From: Buchnera aphidicola str. APS (Acyrthosiphon pisum)
GTDB lineage: Bacteria > Pseudomonadota > Gammaproteobacteria > Enterobacterales > Enterobacteriaceae
Assembly (NCBI RefSeq): GCF_000009605.1
Contig: NC_002253.1
Span: forward strand, 1 to 7,786
Direction of reading: 5' to 3'
Length of the DNA stretch: 7,786 nt
Within the stretch, counting starts at the first letter, position 1; every line of letters begins with the position of its first letter. Shown piece after piece: positions 7,163 through 7,786 of this stretch. Both the position numbers and the translations under genes were made by a program. The notes below the pieces were generated by a model. The model worked only from the letters and a program-made list of their open reading frames with translations, was not told where the DNA came from and did not search any database.

Positions 7163-7786
7163 ATGTTTAAATTTACTGGACATGCTGGTATCGTTGTTCC
7201 TTTAGATATATCTAATATAGATACAGATATTATTATTCCGAAGCAATTTTTGAAAAGAGTAAACAAAATTGGATTTGGTAAATATTTATTTCATGACTGG
7301 CGTTTTATTGATGCAAATCAATTAGTAAAAAATGAGGATTTTATACTCAATAAAAAAATTTATAAAAACGCAAGTATTTTATTAACTAGAGAGAATTTTG
7401 GTTGTGGCTCATCGAGAGAACATGCTGTTTGGTCTCTAGTAGACTATGGATTCAAAGTAATAATTGCACCTAGTTTTGCTGATATTTTTTATAATAATAG
7501 TTTTAACAATAAGCTTCTTTTAATCACTTTAAGTTCGAGTGAAATTACTTTTTTATTTGATATTGTAAAAAATAATATAGGTATTACTTTTGATGTAAGT
7601 TTAGTCGAAAAAACGGTTACTGTAAATAAGGAAGTATTTTCATTTGAATTAGATGATTTTCATTACTTTTGTTTGTTAAATGATTTAGATAATATTGATT
7701 TGACTATGAAGCATTTATCAGAAATAAAATCTTATGAAAGTCGTATATCTGATTTTTTATTAGAAAGAAGAGATTTCAAATCTTAA
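7163..7786 (+). CDS. leuD: 3-isopropylmalate dehydratase small subunit
   Basis: 207-aa ORF starting 2 nt after the leuC stop; motifs VVPLDISNIDTDIIIPKQFLKRV, ENFGCGSSREHAVWSL, DYGFKVIIAPSFADIFYNNSFNN. Stop codon is the last triplet of the window. Confidence 0.98.
   Translation: MFKFTGHAGIVVPLDISNIDTDIIIPKQFLKRVNKIGFGKYLFHDWRFIDANQLVKNEDFILNKKIYKNASILLTRENFGCGSSREHAVWSLVDYGFKVIIAPSFADIFYNNSFNNKLLLITLSSSEITFLFDIVKNNIGITFDVSLVEKTVTVNKEVFSFELDDFHYFCLLNDLDNIDLTMKHLSEIKSYESRISDFLLERRDFKS

Overview
This window looks like one complete circular plasmid, linearised right after the leuD stop codon (TAA ends at base 7786). It is very AT-rich. I recognise it, from memory of gene content, gene order and size, as the leucine plasmid (pLeu) of the aphid endosymbiont Buchnera aphidicola, closest to the Acyrthosiphon pisum (APS) type. 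Seven genes are supported: a RepA-family gene on the minus strand (346..~1197/1245), a yqhA/UPF0114 membrane-protein gene (1514..2017), a second, paralogous RepA gene (2132..2893), and leuA, leuB, leuC and leuD in tight operon order (3032..7786). The strongest non-coding structures are: (1) a perfect 48-bp-arm palindrome with a 1-nt centre (2892..2988) that starts inside the repA stop codon and fills most of the repA-leuA gap; (2) a textbook intrinsic terminator (17..65) downstream of leuD across the linearisation point; (3) a second perfect 21-bp hairpin (172..228), an A9G7 tract and short repeats in the leuD-repA convergent region, a candidate replication/termination region. I see no CRISPR, transposon, tRNA or rRNA, toxin-antitoxin or phage-defence system. 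This is most likely a known plasmid type. The items worth a second look are regulatory and structural rather than a new protein system.
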